Source: Treponema sp. (lineage in GTDB: Bacteria; Spirochaetota; Spirochaetia; Treponematales; Breznakiellaceae). Taken from it: a DNA stretch of 64,000 bases. The DNA lies in the NCBI GenBank assembly GCA_031282065.1, contig JAITEL010000105.1, forward strand, positions 1,772-65,771. Reading direction: 5' to 3'. How positions within the stretch are numbered: position 1 is the first letter of the stretch; every line of letters starts with the position of its first letter. The notes under the pieces were generated by a model. It did not search any database. It had not been told where the DNA came from and was given only the letters and a program-made list of their open reading frames with translations. The translations under genes were made by a program, and so were the position numbers. Below are positions 27,950 through 37,808 of the stretch, in pieces.

Positions 27950-29119
27950 ATGGAACACTATTTTATGAATACCTATCACCGGCTGCCGGTAAGCTTTGTT
28001 TCCGGGGAAGGGTCCTGGCTCAAAGACCGGTCCGGGAAAAAGTACCTGGATTTTACCGCGGGTATTGCGGTCAATTGCCTGGGCCATGCCTATCCGCCCC
28101 TGGTTAAGGCCATCGGTGAACAGGCCGCCAAGTTCAACCATGTCTGCAACTATTACCAAAGTGATGTGGCCGAGGCCTTTGCAGAAAAGCTCGTGGCCGC
28201 CTGCGCCCCGGCGGGCATGCGGAAGGTCTTCCTGGGGAATTCCGGCGCAGAGGCCAATGAAGGGGCCTGCAAGATAGCCCGCAAGTATTCCCTCAGGAAG
28301 TACGGCCCCGGACGGCATACCATCGTAAGCCTCAAGGGGAGTTTTCACGGGAGAACCATTACCACCCTCTCGGCCACCGGGCAGGAGCGCTTTCACCAGG
28401 ACTTCGGACCCTTTACCGAAGGCTTCCGTTTCATTGCGCCGGGGGACCTGGACGCCCTGGACCGGGCCTTAGACCCCGACTCTGTGGCAGGGCTGCTCCT
28501 TGAGGCTATTCAGGGGGAAAGGGGCATCTTCCCCCTGGACAGCGCCTATGTACGCGCCGCGGCAGAGCTCTGCAAGGAGCGGGACATACTGCTCATGTTT
28601 GACGAGATCCAGTGCGGCCTGGGCAGGACCGGGACCTTCCTTGCCTGTGCCGGCTATGGGGTCAAGGCCGACATCCTTACCCTGGCAAAGGGCCTGGGCG
28701 GGGGCCTTCCCGTGGGAGCCGTGCTTGCCGGGGACAAGGCTCAGGATGTCTTAGGGATAGGGGACCACGGCAGCACCTTTGGGGGGAATCCCCTGGCCGC
28801 GGCAGCAGGGCTGGTGGTCCTGGAGACGGTCCAGGAGCCGGGCTTTTTAGCGGAGATAGCCCGCAAGGGGGAGCGCTTCCGGGGGGTCCTTTCCGGTTGG
28901 CAGCACCCGCAGATCCGGGAAATCCGGGCTAAGGGCCTTATGATCGGGGTGGATCTCCAGAGCGAAGCCTGGCCGGTCCTGGAAGGGGCCTTGGCCGAAG
29001 GCCTCCTGGTCCTTTCGGCAGGGCCCCATACCCTGCGTTTCCTCCCGCCCTATACCATTAAGGATGCGGAAATAGACCAGGGCTTGGACCTGCTTAAGGG
29101 AGTGCTGGACCGCCTCTAA
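27950..29119 (+). CDS. argD: acetylornithine aminotransferase
   Basis: Class III aminotransferase blocks: LDFTAGIAVNCLGH, LMFDEIQCGLGRTG, TLAKGLGGGLPVGA (PLP Lys), STFGGNPLA. Confidence 0.9.
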   Translation: MEHYFMNTYHRLPVSFVSGEGSWLKDRSGKKYLDFTAGIAVNCLGHAYPPLVKAIGEQAAKFNHVCNYYQSDVAEAFAEKLVAACAPAGMRKVFLGNSGAEANEGACKIARKYSLRKYGPGRHTIVSLKGSFHGRTITTLSATGQERFHQDFGPFTEGFRFIAPGDLDALDRALDPDSVAGLLLEAIQGERGIFPLDSAYVRAAAELCKERDILLMFDEIQCGLGRTGTFLACAGYGVKADILTLAKGLGGGLPVGAVLAGDKAQDVLGIGDHGSTFGGNPLAAAAGLVVLETVQEPGFLAEIARKGERFRGVLSGWQHPQIREIRAKGLMIGVDLQSEAWPVLEGALAEGLLVLSAGPHTLRFLPPYTIKDAEIDQGLDLLKGVLDRL

Positions 29120-30473
29120 GGGCTTTCGCTGAGAACACCGGCTCGGGGCCGGCTTTCGGCAGGGCCGCTTCCCAGCGCCTTTGCAGGGAAGCGGCAGTGG
29201 TCCCGGCATCCTGGCCCTGGATAAACAGGGCGTACAGTTCCTCCCGGACTATGGTCTCCAGGTCATGGAGCTGCGGGAGGCCGGCGAATTCCTGCATCCC
29301 ATCTGCGCCTTCATACATATCATAGGCTTTGGCATACAAAGCCCCTTTAAGGCTCCTGGTCCCGCTCCAGTTTCCCGGCACCGCATGGGAAGCCGCGGCT
29401 ACGAGGGAGCTCTGCTCTGCCAGGAAGGAGATGAAGGCCCAGGCCTGGTCAGGATATTCGGTGTACCGGGAAATACCGGTGTACCAGCTCGTTAAGCCGA
29501 ACACCGGTTTTTTGCCCGTATCCAGGCTGGGGACGGTGGTAATACCGAAGCGCTCATCCCCCATCTCTTGTTGCAGGGTATGGATATCCTGTACCGAGGC
29601 CAGCATCATGGCGATCTTCCCCTGGGCGAAGTCTTGGAGCTTTTGTTCCCGGGTTTTTTCGAACATGTCCGGCGCAAGCAGCTCCTCCTTATACAGGGTA
29701 TGCAGGAAGTCCAGAGTTTCCTGCACAGGAGGGCTGGTGAAGTTGGGTTTGCCTTCTTGCAGCAGGCCCTCCCCGGAAGCCCAGAACCAGGGATACACAT
29801 CCACCGAGAGGCTCTCGGGATCCTGGGGGTTTAGGGCCAGGGCTATCCCGTAGCGGCCGCTTTGGGCATGGGTAATGGCCCGGGCGTAGCGTAAAAAGTC
29901 CGCCCGGGTTTTGGGGGGACGATCAAAGCCCGCCGCTTGCAAGAGTTCCACATGGTAAAACAGGGGAACCATGAAGGAGACCACCGGCAGGGCCCACACT
30001 GCCGGGCTTCCCTGGGCCTCATAGGAGTCTAAGCCCGGAACAAAGGCCCGGTTCTCCCCGGCGCCGGTCTTTTCTCTATAGGCGTCTAAGGGCATAAGCC
30101 TATCCTGCCGGGTGAGTTCAGAGAGCCACCGCAGGTCCAGGGCAAGAATATCCGAGCGGCTTAGGGCGCTGCCATCCCCCGTGAAGAGGCGCTCCTCCAT
30201 TTTCTGATAGGACAGATGCTCCAGTTTGATGGTGATGCCCGGATGCTGCTTCTCGAATTCGTTTACCAGCCGTTTAAGGGCATCTTTTTCGAGGGCCTCC
30301 TGCCACCAGTGGGTAAAGACCAGGGTCCTGGAATGGGCTTCTATGATGGTTTTGGTACCGATTCTGATGAGGAAGCCCAGGGGTAAGAGGATAAGGACTA
30401 AGACAAAGAGAAGCCGGTCCACCACCGCGAGGTTTTTGAGCAGTTTGCTAATCATGGGACTAGTATAGTCCAT
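29094..30473 (-). CDS. ABC transporter extracellular solute-binding protein (family 1, sugar-type), orphan
   Basis: N-terminal TM/signal anchor and the typical SBP_bac_1 pattern FTHWWQEALEKDALKRLVNEFEKQHPGITIKLE. No permease or ATPase gene is adjacent. Confidence 0.75.
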   Translation of the reverse strand: MDYTSPMISKLLKNLAVVDRLLFVLVLILLPLGFLIRIGTKTIIEAHSRTLVFTHWWQEALEKDALKRLVNEFEKQHPGITIKLEHLSYQKMEERLFTGDGSALSRSDILALDLRWLSELTRQDRLMPLDAYREKTGAGENRAFVPGLDSYEAQGSPAVWALPVVSFMVPLFYHVELLQAAGFDRPPKTRADFLRYARAITHAQSGRYGIALALNPQDPESLSVDVYPWFWASGEGLLQEGKPNFTSPPVQETLDFLHTLYKEELLAPDMFEKTREQKLQDFAQGKIAMMLASVQDIHTLQQEMGDERFGITTVPSLDTGKKPVFGLTSWYTGISRYTEYPDQAWAFISFLAEQSSLVAAASHAVPGNWSGTRSLKGALYAKAYDMYEGADGMQEFAGLPQLHDLETIVREELYALFIQGQDAGTTAASLQRRWEAALPKAGPEPVFSAKALRGGPALP

Positions 30474-30551
30474 ACCGGGGAGCCCCTATCAAGTATGAAG
30501 CTGAGGGGCAAGGCTTTTGGTAGAAGCTGAGCCCGGTTTCCGGGTCTTCCG

Positions 30552-30795
30552 TAAAGGTTTTACCGGCCCCCCGCAAAGTTCTACCGGTACCCAAAAATAT
30601 TTTACAGGTACCCTAAAAAGTTTTATCGGTACCCCAAAAAGTTTTACAGGTACCCTGCAAATTTCTATAGGCCCCCCATAAAGTTTTATCGGTACCCAAA
30701 AATATTTTACCGGCTCCCCACAAAGTTCTACCGGTACCCCTGAAACTTTTATCGGCCCCCCAAAAAGATTTTAAGCCGGCTAAAAAAGGCTTTGA
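30552..30795. repeat. about 21-22-bp tandem repeat, about 11 copies, with phased A/T tracts
   Basis: Units are of the type aaaaagttttaYcggtacccc. Each has an A/T tract of about 10 bp and a GC-rich half containing accggt/ggtacc palindromes. Confidence 0.9.
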
Positions 30796-30891
30796 GGCGA
30801 CATCGAAAACCTTTGGGGCAGCTCGGCCTCTTTACAGAAGCCCCGCTTCTCAGTATGATAGAAGCTTCCATATTAATAAGGAAGGATCATT

Positions 30892-31083
30892 ATGTCACGT
30901 GTATGCGATATTTGTGGAAAACACACCATTACCGGAAACAAGGTAAGCCATGCCAAAAACCATACCCGCCGTACCTGGCGGCCCAATCTGGTGAAGGTAA
31001 AAACCGAGGTACAGGGTACCACCCTGACGATTAAAATCTGCGCCCGCTGTCTTAAAAGCGATATTATCAAGAAAAAAGTATAA
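30892..31083 (+). CDS. rpmB: 50S ribosomal protein L28
   Basis: [33 protein letters not shown] is the canonical L28 sequence. Confidence 0.95.
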   Translation: MSRVCDICGKHTITGNKVSHAKNHTRRTWRPNLVKVKTEVQGTTLTIKICARCLKSDIIKKKV

Positions 31084-31179
31084 GCCTTTCGTGTATACCC
31101 GGTTCCTGAGCAGGGCAGCTTCCAGTCCCGGGATCGGGTTTAACCGGGTCCCGGGGACTGGATATATAAGTAGGAAACC

Positions 31180-32367
31180 GTGGGGATTGGAACCATTTGT
31201 AAAGCCCTGGATGCAGGGGGCTATGCTCTCAAGTTCTGGGGAGTGAGCGCGCTGGATCGCTATCTCACCCTTCCGCCGCTTCCCTATGGCTGGCTTGCAA
31301 CCAATGCGGATATCGTGGCTTTGGTGCGGGCCTTTGAAGGGCTTCGTTTTCCCGGGCCTGCCCTGGCCGACGCGGCATTGGACCTGGAGGAAAGCTGCTG
31401 GTATTTCCGCTGCCTTGAACCGGAAGAAGCCCCCCGCGCTTCCTATCGCTTGCTTTCGCTTACCCAGGATATCAAGACCCGGCGCTTTCAGGATCCCCTG
31501 GGGATCTATCCTTGCTTGCGGGAGCTTGCAGAGAGGCCCCTTGGCAGGGACAAGGCCCCTCCCTGGTGGGAAGGGCTCAATCCTGAGGCCGACTACTATC
31601 AAGCCGCGCTGGAGGGGGCCCTCATCTTGGCCCGCTACGGCGGGGAAGGGGCGGTTCCCCTCTCCTCCCTGGGACTATCCCTTACGGCACTGCCCCGCAC
31701 CGGGTCTCCCAATCCTGAATGGCAGCGCCTCCTCTTAAAGAGCCTCTTGGTATCAAAGCGGCCTGACCGGGGCTTTAAGCTGCTCAAGGCAGCAGGGCTG
31801 GTGGAAGCGCTCTGGCCGGAACTGCTGCGCTTGGACGAGGTGGATCACAGCAAAGAATGTCATCCTGAAGGAAACGGCTGGAACCATACCCTGGAAACCT
31901 TCCGCTACCGCAAACCCCTAAGCCCTAAAGAGCCGCGGTATGATTTCCGCCTTTCCCTGGGCCTCTTGCTCCACGATGTGGGAAAACCCCTCTCCGCCGC
32001 GAGGGGGAAGCATCCCTTTGCCAGCCATGCAGAGCTGGGGGCCGAGCTTGCCTCCCGCTTCCTCACGCGCCTGGGATTTGATGAGGCCCTCATTAACGAT
32101 ATACGGTACCTGGTGAGAAACCACATGCTGCCTGCTGCCCTGCCCCGCGTCCCCTTGCATAAGCACCGGGATATCCTTGCATCCCCCTTGTTTCCCACCC
32201 TCCTGGAACTCTACCGGTGTGATGAAGCCTCCTCATTTAAGGGTCTTGAAGGGTACTACCGGTCTGCCGCGGCATATCAGGGCTATCTCAAAAAGTGCCG
32301 CCCCCCGGCCGCGCTGCGATCCGTTCCATATATAAACGGGAAGGGTAATCACCGGTATCCAGGCTGA
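31180..32367 (+). CDS. HD-domain protein related to the C-terminal region of CCA-adding / poly(A) polymerase family enzymes
   Basis: HPEGNGWNHTLETF and LLHDVGKP motifs. I could not recognise the N-terminal nucleotidyltransferase GG-x-VRD / DxD motif. The 3' end overlaps the convergent cyclase gene by about 80 bp. Confidence 0.55.
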   Translation: MGIGTICKALDAGGYALKFWGVSALDRYLTLPPLPYGWLATNADIVALVRAFEGLRFPGPALADAALDLEESCWYFRCLEPEEAPRASYRLLSLTQDIKTRRFQDPLGIYPCLRELAERPLGRDKAPPWWEGLNPEADYYQAALEGALILARYGGEGAVPLSSLGLSLTALPRTGSPNPEWQRLLLKSLLVSKRPDRGFKLLKAAGLVEALWPELLRLDEVDHSKECHPEGNGWNHTLETFRYRKPLSPKEPRYDFRLSLGLLLHDVGKPLSAARGKHPFASHAELGAELASRFLTRLGFDEALINDIRYLVRNHMLPAALPRVPLHKHRDILASPLFPTLLELYRCDEASSFKGLEGYYRSAAAYQGYLKKCRPPAALRSVPYINGKGNHRYPG

Positions 32368-34135
32368 GCGCCTGGGAAAAATACTGCCTTGCGGTTTCCC
32401 ATTCCTCCAGCGCATAGAGCTTAAGCCCCTTGTTGTAGTGAGCCAGAAGTTCCCGGTTAAGCACGAGGCAGGGGGGCAGGTCCCCTGCCCGGGAGTCATC
32501 GCTGTACACGGCATAGACCCCGTAGAGCTCCACCGGCTCTTCCTTCCCTTTGACCTGGACGCTGTCGAACTTTCTAAAAATAAAACGGTGCTTAGCCGCC
32601 TCGTACAGCGCAGCGGACGCCATAATCGGATGCCGGTAGACCTTGCTCAGCTCTTCCAGCCGGGAGGCAAGGTTTACCGTATCCCCTATGACCGTGTAGT
32701 CCTGTTTATCTTGGAAACCGATGTTCCCCACCACGGATTTCCCGTAATTAAGCCCTATGCCCACGGCAAAACCGCTTTCCGGGAGGCGTATCTTCGAGGT
32801 GTCCACCCGGGAGAGGGCTTGTATCATGCTCAGAGCCGCACGAATGGCACAAGCCGGGGCATCCTGCAGGGTTTTGGGCGAGCCGAAGACAGCCATGATG
32901 GCGTCCCCTATGAACTTATCGATGTTTCCCCCGGCAGCGATAATTTTGTTACCCATAAGGGCAAAGTAGGCGTTCAAAAAGGTAACGATATCCTGGGCAT
33001 TGGTATGCTCGGAAATCTTGGTGAAATTGCGTATATCCGAAAAAAGCACCGCCACGTTCCGGGTTTCACTCTGGCTTAAGGCGAGGGATGGCGTATCAAT
33101 GATCTCATCCATCACCTCAATAGGGACATACCGGGCAAAAGCGGTCCGGGTTTTTACCTGTAATGCTTCAAGCCGGCGCAGTGAAAGGGCATTGGCAATA
33201 ATAGGGGCTGCCGCAGCCAAAAAGATGCCGAGATTTTCCTGTATGACCGGCGAGAAGTAGTCTTTAATCGAATTGGCCATATTCACCGTGGCAAAGCGCT
33301 CCCCCCCTATGGACAAGGGGATGGAGAGGTAGGATTCTATCCGCTTCCGGTACGAACCGGGAAGGGCAAAATCCTTGTTATGCAGGGAGAGCACCTTAAA
33401 GTCCGGGAACAGGCCCTGGAAATCCGCCCGGGTAATCGCGGTGAAATCATCCGCAATGGAGGCGGCGTAGGCGGCTCTATTGCTGGTGTAGACCAAGAGG
33501 GTGGTAGGGCTGCTCTTGATCATAACCGAGGCTATTCCGGTCTCGCAGATATAGGTCAATAATTCAAATATCCCCTTAAGGATATCTTCCAGGGACTCCA
33601 GTTTGCTGGATAGTTCCGCCAGCATCCCGATGATGGTCATTTGAAAGAGCTTGGTATCCAAGAGGTTATTGACCATCTCGATAAGGGTGGTATCGTTGAT
33701 CCGCCTTCCCTCTTTTTCAATGGCCCGGTGATCAATGTCTTGAAACGCGGAGAGCAGGAGATGGATCTGCTCTTTGAGGGCAGCGAAATTGTCCGGGGAC
33801 TTTTCAATGTAGCAATCCGCCCCTGCCTGGCCTCCCCAGAAGCGGTCCTTCGTTTCGTTCAACGCGGTAAGCATGATGATGGGTATCGCCTTGGTATACT
33901 TGCGGGATTTTAAGAGCCGTGTGGCCTGATACCCCTTAAACAGGGGCATTTCTATATCCGTGATGATGAGGTGGGGAAGGAATTGATAGACCTGCTTGAT
34001 TCCCTCAAAGCCATTGACCGCCCGCCGGGTTTGATACCCTGCTTCATGTAAGACTTCCAAAAGGATATCCGCAAAGATATCCGAATCTTCAAACACCACT
34101 ATCCGCTTGCCCGTTTCCGGTATAGCCTCAGCCAT
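32288..34135 (-). CDS. response regulator: REC - GAF-like - class III nucleotide cyclase - TPR-like tail
   Basis: REC (VVFEDSD, IITDIEMP, AGADCYIEK). Cyclase core (VLFSDIRNFT, IDKFIGDAIMAVFG, DYTVIGDTVNLASRLE). ATG 34135 overlaps the cheA stop as ATGGCTGA; an alternative TTG start lies at 34147. Confidence 0.85.
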   Translation of the reverse strand: MAEAIPETGKRIVVFEDSDIFADILLEVLHEAGYQTRRAVNGFEGIKQVYQFLPHLIITDIEMPLFKGYQATRLLKSRKYTKAIPIIMLTALNETKDRFWGGQAGADCYIEKSPDNFAALKEQIHLLLSAFQDIDHRAIEKEGRRINDTTLIEMVNNLLDTKLFQMTIIGMLAELSSKLESLEDILKGIFELLTYICETGIASVMIKSSPTTLLVYTSNRAAYAASIADDFTAITRADFQGLFPDFKVLSLHNKDFALPGSYRKRIESYLSIPLSIGGERFATVNMANSIKDYFSPVIQENLGIFLAAAAPIIANALSLRRLEALQVKTRTAFARYVPIEVMDEIIDTPSLALSQSETRNVAVLFSDIRNFTKISEHTNAQDIVTFLNAYFALMGNKIIAAGGNIDKFIGDAIMAVFGSPKTLQDAPACAIRAALSMIQALSRVDTSKIRLPESGFAVGIGLNYGKSVVGNIGFQDKQDYTVIGDTVNLASRLEELSKVYRHPIMASAALYEAAKHRFIFRKFDSVQVKGKEEPVELYGVYAVYSDDSRAGDLPPCLVLNRELLAHYNKGLKLYALEEWETARQYFSQALSLDTGDYPSRLYMERIAARPGGGTF

Positions 34136-36323
34136 GAGCTGCTCCAATCAGATCCCGCACCGCGGTAATCAAATTATGGTTGTTAAAGGAATGCTTAATG
34201 ATATACCGGTTGGCCCCCAACAGAGCCGCCTGTTTCTGATCCTCTTCACTGGATTTTGATGAAATCACGATGATCGGAATCCCTGCCAGGTCCTTGTTCT
34301 TCCGTATGTTTTCCGTAAGCATAAATCCATCCATCTGCGGCATATTGAGGTCTGTACAGATCAAATCATAGTGCGTATGCTTTGCCGCCATAAGGGCCTG
34401 AGAACCGTCCGCCGCGGTATCTACGGTATAGCCCTCTGCCAGGAGTATGTCCCGTTCAATCTCCCGGGTAGGCAGGGAATCATCCACAATCAGAATGGCC
34501 TTGCGCACCTTTTCATGATCTATATGCCGTTTTTTGAGATCCCACACGCTCATCCGTTTGGTCATTTTAATGAGGGTGGGTACATGGAGGGCCGGTACCA
34601 TCTCGTAATCTTCACTGAGGACCACCCCGGAAAAGACACGCATCTCCTCGATAAAAGAAGGCATGGATTTGAGGATCACCGAGCGCATGTTACTGATCCG
34701 GTCTACCGCAAGGGCAATGATTTCATCATAGGCCTTGAGGATGACCACAAAGAGGGTCTCCTGTTCCTGAGGCTGCTCCGCGCTCCCAATACGCAGGAGC
34801 TGGTTGAGGTAGTACAGTTTAACGATATGGTTGCTGAATTTGATCCCCGGATGATCCACCACGGTGATGATGGCGTCCTGGTTGACCAGCAGAACCGTAT
34901 CCACAAAGTTCGCAGGAATGATACATTTCATTTCCCCGCAGCTCACCGGAAACCCTATGAGGGAGGCAATAGACAGGGGCACCAGAATGATAAAGGCGGT
35001 TCCTTTCCCCGGGCTGCTTTCCACGAAGATGCTGCCCTTCATGTGTTCAACGCTGCTGCGCACCGCATCCATACCCACGCCCCGGCCTGACACGGTACTT
35101 ACCCGGGAGGACGTGGTAAACCCGGTTTGAAAGATATAGTTGATGAGTTCTTCCCGGCTCAGGTTGGCCGCGTGTTCCGGCGGGAGGAGTTCCCGTTCCA
35201 GGATTTTTTTTCTGATGGCCTCAGTATTAATGCCCCGGCCGTCATCGGCGATGCGGATCTTCATGCTTCCGCTTTCACGGATACAGTGAATGCTGAGCCG
35301 TCCGCTCTCCGGTTTTCCCGCTTTCCGGCGTTCTTCCGGGCTTTCTATGCCGTGGTCTATGGCGTTCCTGACCGTATGGAGAAAGACCTCCGAGAGGGTT
35401 TCGATGATATTCTTATCGATCTCGTTTTCCGCTCCTTCCAGGTCTAACTGCACCTGCTTACCCAGTTCCGAGGCAATCTCAAAGACGTACCGGGGATAGA
35501 CGTCCAAAACCGTGGACAGGGGCAGCATCCTGAGGGAAATGACGCTGTCATAGGCGCTTTTGGTACGATTCCCCACGTCAATGGCGTGGTTCTTCATTTT
35601 AGAGGTGATTTTTCGGATAAGCTGTTCCAAGCGGCGGAATTCTTTTACCAGGGGGGAGTTTATCTGATTTTCCGCGATGACCATCTTCAAGAATTCGGTA
35701 CATGCTTCATGGACCGTTTCGGCCTCCCGGGAGATATTCTTGGCGCTTATCTCCAGGGCCTGCAGGGACGCGATATACTTGATAATATCGTTTATTTTTT
35801 GTAAGGGTATCCTGATACTTTCGGATTTGAGTTCTTCTATGCGATCCCGTTTTGTTTCGTTTGGAGCGGCCTCCTTTGGCTGAGCTTGGGGGGCCTGGGG
35901 AGCTTCGGGCTTTTCCGGGCTGGGGACGGTAAAATCTTCATTGGCCGCCAGCGCGGCCAGGGCCTGTTCAAAGGCCTGGGTTTCGACGGCATCGGTCTTT
36001 GTTTGCTGTATGGATACGAAGGCAGCCTTGAGCAGGTCCAGGGAAGCCAGGCTCAAGCGCAGGGCCTTGTCTGAGAAGGTAATGCGCTGTTCTTTTACCG
36101 CGATGAATACGCTTTCCAAGGCGTGGGCCACGGCTTCTATATGGATAAATTCCAGCATCCGGGCAGATCCCTTAAGGGTATGCAGGCTGCGCAGCAGGCT
36201 TACGAAGTCATCTTCCAGGGAACCCCCGTCTTTCACATCAAACAAGAGGGTTTCCACGGCCGCAATGTTTTCTATGCCTTCATCGATAAATTTACCGATG
36301 TATTTTTCTTTATTGATCCCCAT
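34128..36323 (-). CDS. cheA: hybrid chemotaxis histidine kinase CheA with C-terminal receiver (CheA-REC)
   Basis: Hpt (LLRSLHTLKGSARML), kinase core (HTVRNAIDHGIE, GRGVGMDAV), CheW-like domain, and C-terminal REC (ILIVDDS, LICTDLNMPQMDG). Confidence 0.9.
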   Translation of the reverse strand: MGINKEKYIGKFIDEGIENIAAVETLLFDVKDGGSLEDDFVSLLRSLHTLKGSARMLEFIHIEAVAHALESVFIAVKEQRITFSDKALRLSLASLDLLKAAFVSIQQTKTDAVETQAFEQALAALAANEDFTVPSPEKPEAPQAPQAQPKEAAPNETKRDRIEELKSESIRIPLQKINDIIKYIASLQALEISAKNISREAETVHEACTEFLKMVIAENQINSPLVKEFRRLEQLIRKITSKMKNHAIDVGNRTKSAYDSVISLRMLPLSTVLDVYPRYVFEIASELGKQVQLDLEGAENEIDKNIIETLSEVFLHTVRNAIDHGIESPEERRKAGKPESGRLSIHCIRESGSMKIRIADDGRGINTEAIRKKILERELLPPEHAANLSREELINYIFQTGFTTSSRVSTVSGRGVGMDAVRSSVEHMKGSIFVESSPGKGTAFIILVPLSIASLIGFPVSCGEMKCIIPANFVDTVLLVNQDAIITVVDHPGIKFSNHIVKLYYLNQLLRIGSAEQPQEQETLFVVILKAYDEIIALAVDRISNMRSVILKSMPSFIEEMRVFSGVVLSEDYEMVPALHVPTLIKMTKRMSVWDLKKRHIDHEKVRKAILIVDDSLPTREIERDILLAEGYTVDTAADGSQALMAAKHTHYDLICTDLNMPQMDGFMLTENIRKNKDLAGIPIIVISSKSSEEDQKQAALLGANRYIIKHSFNNHNLITAVRDLIGAAHG

Positions 36324-37797
36324 GGGCTTTTGACTCTTGTTCGCGGTTTAATACCGATTCCAGTGTATGGGCAAGCTCGGTGAGCCGTTCCGCCGAAGAG
36401 GTGGCCACCTCGGTGGAATGGAGAAAATTATTGAGCCCTCGGGATATATCGGTGATGGCCAGGGTTATCTGTTCACTGGACTTGCGCTGTTTTTGGGTGG
36501 AGACCGTGATGGTCTGCGCCTGATGAGAGGTAATTTCCGCCCCGGAACGGATCTCCTTAAAGATGTCTTCCAGATCTTTGATGAGTTTATACCCCTCGGC
36601 TATTTTATCCGCTCCTTCTTCACTGGAAATGATCAGGGAAGAGGAGGAGTTTTGGATCTCTTCAACCTGTTCTCTAATCTGTTTGGTAAGATTGGCAATA
36701 TCATCGGCCAAACGGTTCACCTCTCCTGCCACTACGGCAAAACGTTTTCCCGTTTCCCCGGCGCTTGCCGCTTCCAGGGCTGCATTGAAGGCAATGACCT
36801 TGGTCTGGTCCGTAATGGTATTGATGATCCGTACGATATCACGGATCTTGGCGATCTTATTCCCCAAAAGCACAATCCCGTTTATGACCCCGTCGTTTTT
36901 GTTTTTAATATCCCCCATCTTTTTGATATTGTTTTTAAGCACCGAGAATCCGGTGATAACGTCATCTTCCATTTTCGCCGCAATCGTGGCAACACTGCCG
37001 GTCTTATCCGCAATATCCGTGGCAATCTTGGCATTCTCGTCAATGGTCCGGGCTATCTCTTCCACGCTTGCCGCCTGACTATTGGCGGTAGTACAGAGCT
37101 CCTTGGAGGAGCGGGAAATTTCATTGGTTGAATTGCGGATGGTTTTCGCGATTTCCCTGGTCTGCATAACCGTTTGCAGGACTGCTTCGGTGATTGCGGT
37201 TTTACGTTCACCCTCCGCCACCTGCTGCAAGAGGCGGCGGTACTGTGCTGCGATAAGGGAACTGATGAAGCCCATGAACAAGAGCAGCAGCGCCCCCAGG
37301 CCAAGCCCTTCATGGGGGAAGCCCCCCGGAGAGGAGGCATTAAGGATGGCTGCTGTACCGATGTACCAGAGTATGGCCATACTGCCCGAAGATACCCCCC
37401 AGGCACGCCGGTAACGCAAGGTACCGAGCATAATGAAGATACCATAAAAGGCTGGCTGCACGGTGAGCAGGGTACGCAGCGGTACCACTTGTTGGGCGAA
37501 TCCGCTGGTAACCAGGCAGGACAGAAGCCCTATATCCCAAAAAGTGGTACCGTAAGTCACCCAAGGCCGAAGGAGGGGGCGTTTACGGATATAGAAGAAC
37601 ACGGCCAGCGTGTAGATGAGAAAAACACCGGGTACGATATACGCGCTCATGCTCAAGGGGGCGCCGCTACGATAAGACCTCACCGCCATGATCCCCGTAC
37701 CAATACCGTACAGGATCCCCAGGGATACCCGAAAATAGGTGATTACCAACTCACCGGTCCCTTTTTCTTGCCGGATGCAGTCCGCAGCTCGTATCAT
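36310..37797 (-). CDS. methyl-accepting chemotaxis protein with 6-TM N-terminal module and no periplasmic domain
   Basis: Six hydrophobic segments in the first 200 aa or so, joined directly to an MCP signalling domain (VIAFNAALEAASAGETGKRFAVVAGEVNRLA). Confidence 0.85.
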   Translation of the reverse strand: MIRAADCIRQEKGTGELVITYFRVSLGILYGIGTGIMAVRSYRSGAPLSMSAYIVPGVFLIYTLAVFFYIRKRPLLRPWVTYGTTFWDIGLLSCLVTSGFAQQVVPLRTLLTVQPAFYGIFIMLGTLRYRRAWGVSSGSMAILWYIGTAAILNASSPGGFPHEGLGLGALLLLFMGFISSLIAAQYRRLLQQVAEGERKTAITEAVLQTVMQTREIAKTIRNSTNEISRSSKELCTTANSQAASVEEIARTIDENAKIATDIADKTGSVATIAAKMEDDVITGFSVLKNNIKKMGDIKNKNDGVINGIVLLGNKIAKIRDIVRIINTITDQTKVIAFNAALEAASAGETGKRFAVVAGEVNRLADDIANLTKQIREQVEEIQNSSSSLIISSEEGADKIAEGYKLIKDLEDIFKEIRSGAEITSHQAQTITVSTQKQRKSSEQITLAITDISRGLNNFLHSTEVATSSAERLTELAHTLESVLNREQESKAHGDQ

Positions 37798-37808
37798 GCT
37801 TTTTCCTT

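Noticed and set aside
26972-28396. A 474-aa minus-strand ORF spanning argB and argD
   Set aside because: It is antisense to two strongly recognisable genes. Its sequence is Gly/Pro/Arg-rich with no motifs, which is typical of GC-rich antisense frames.
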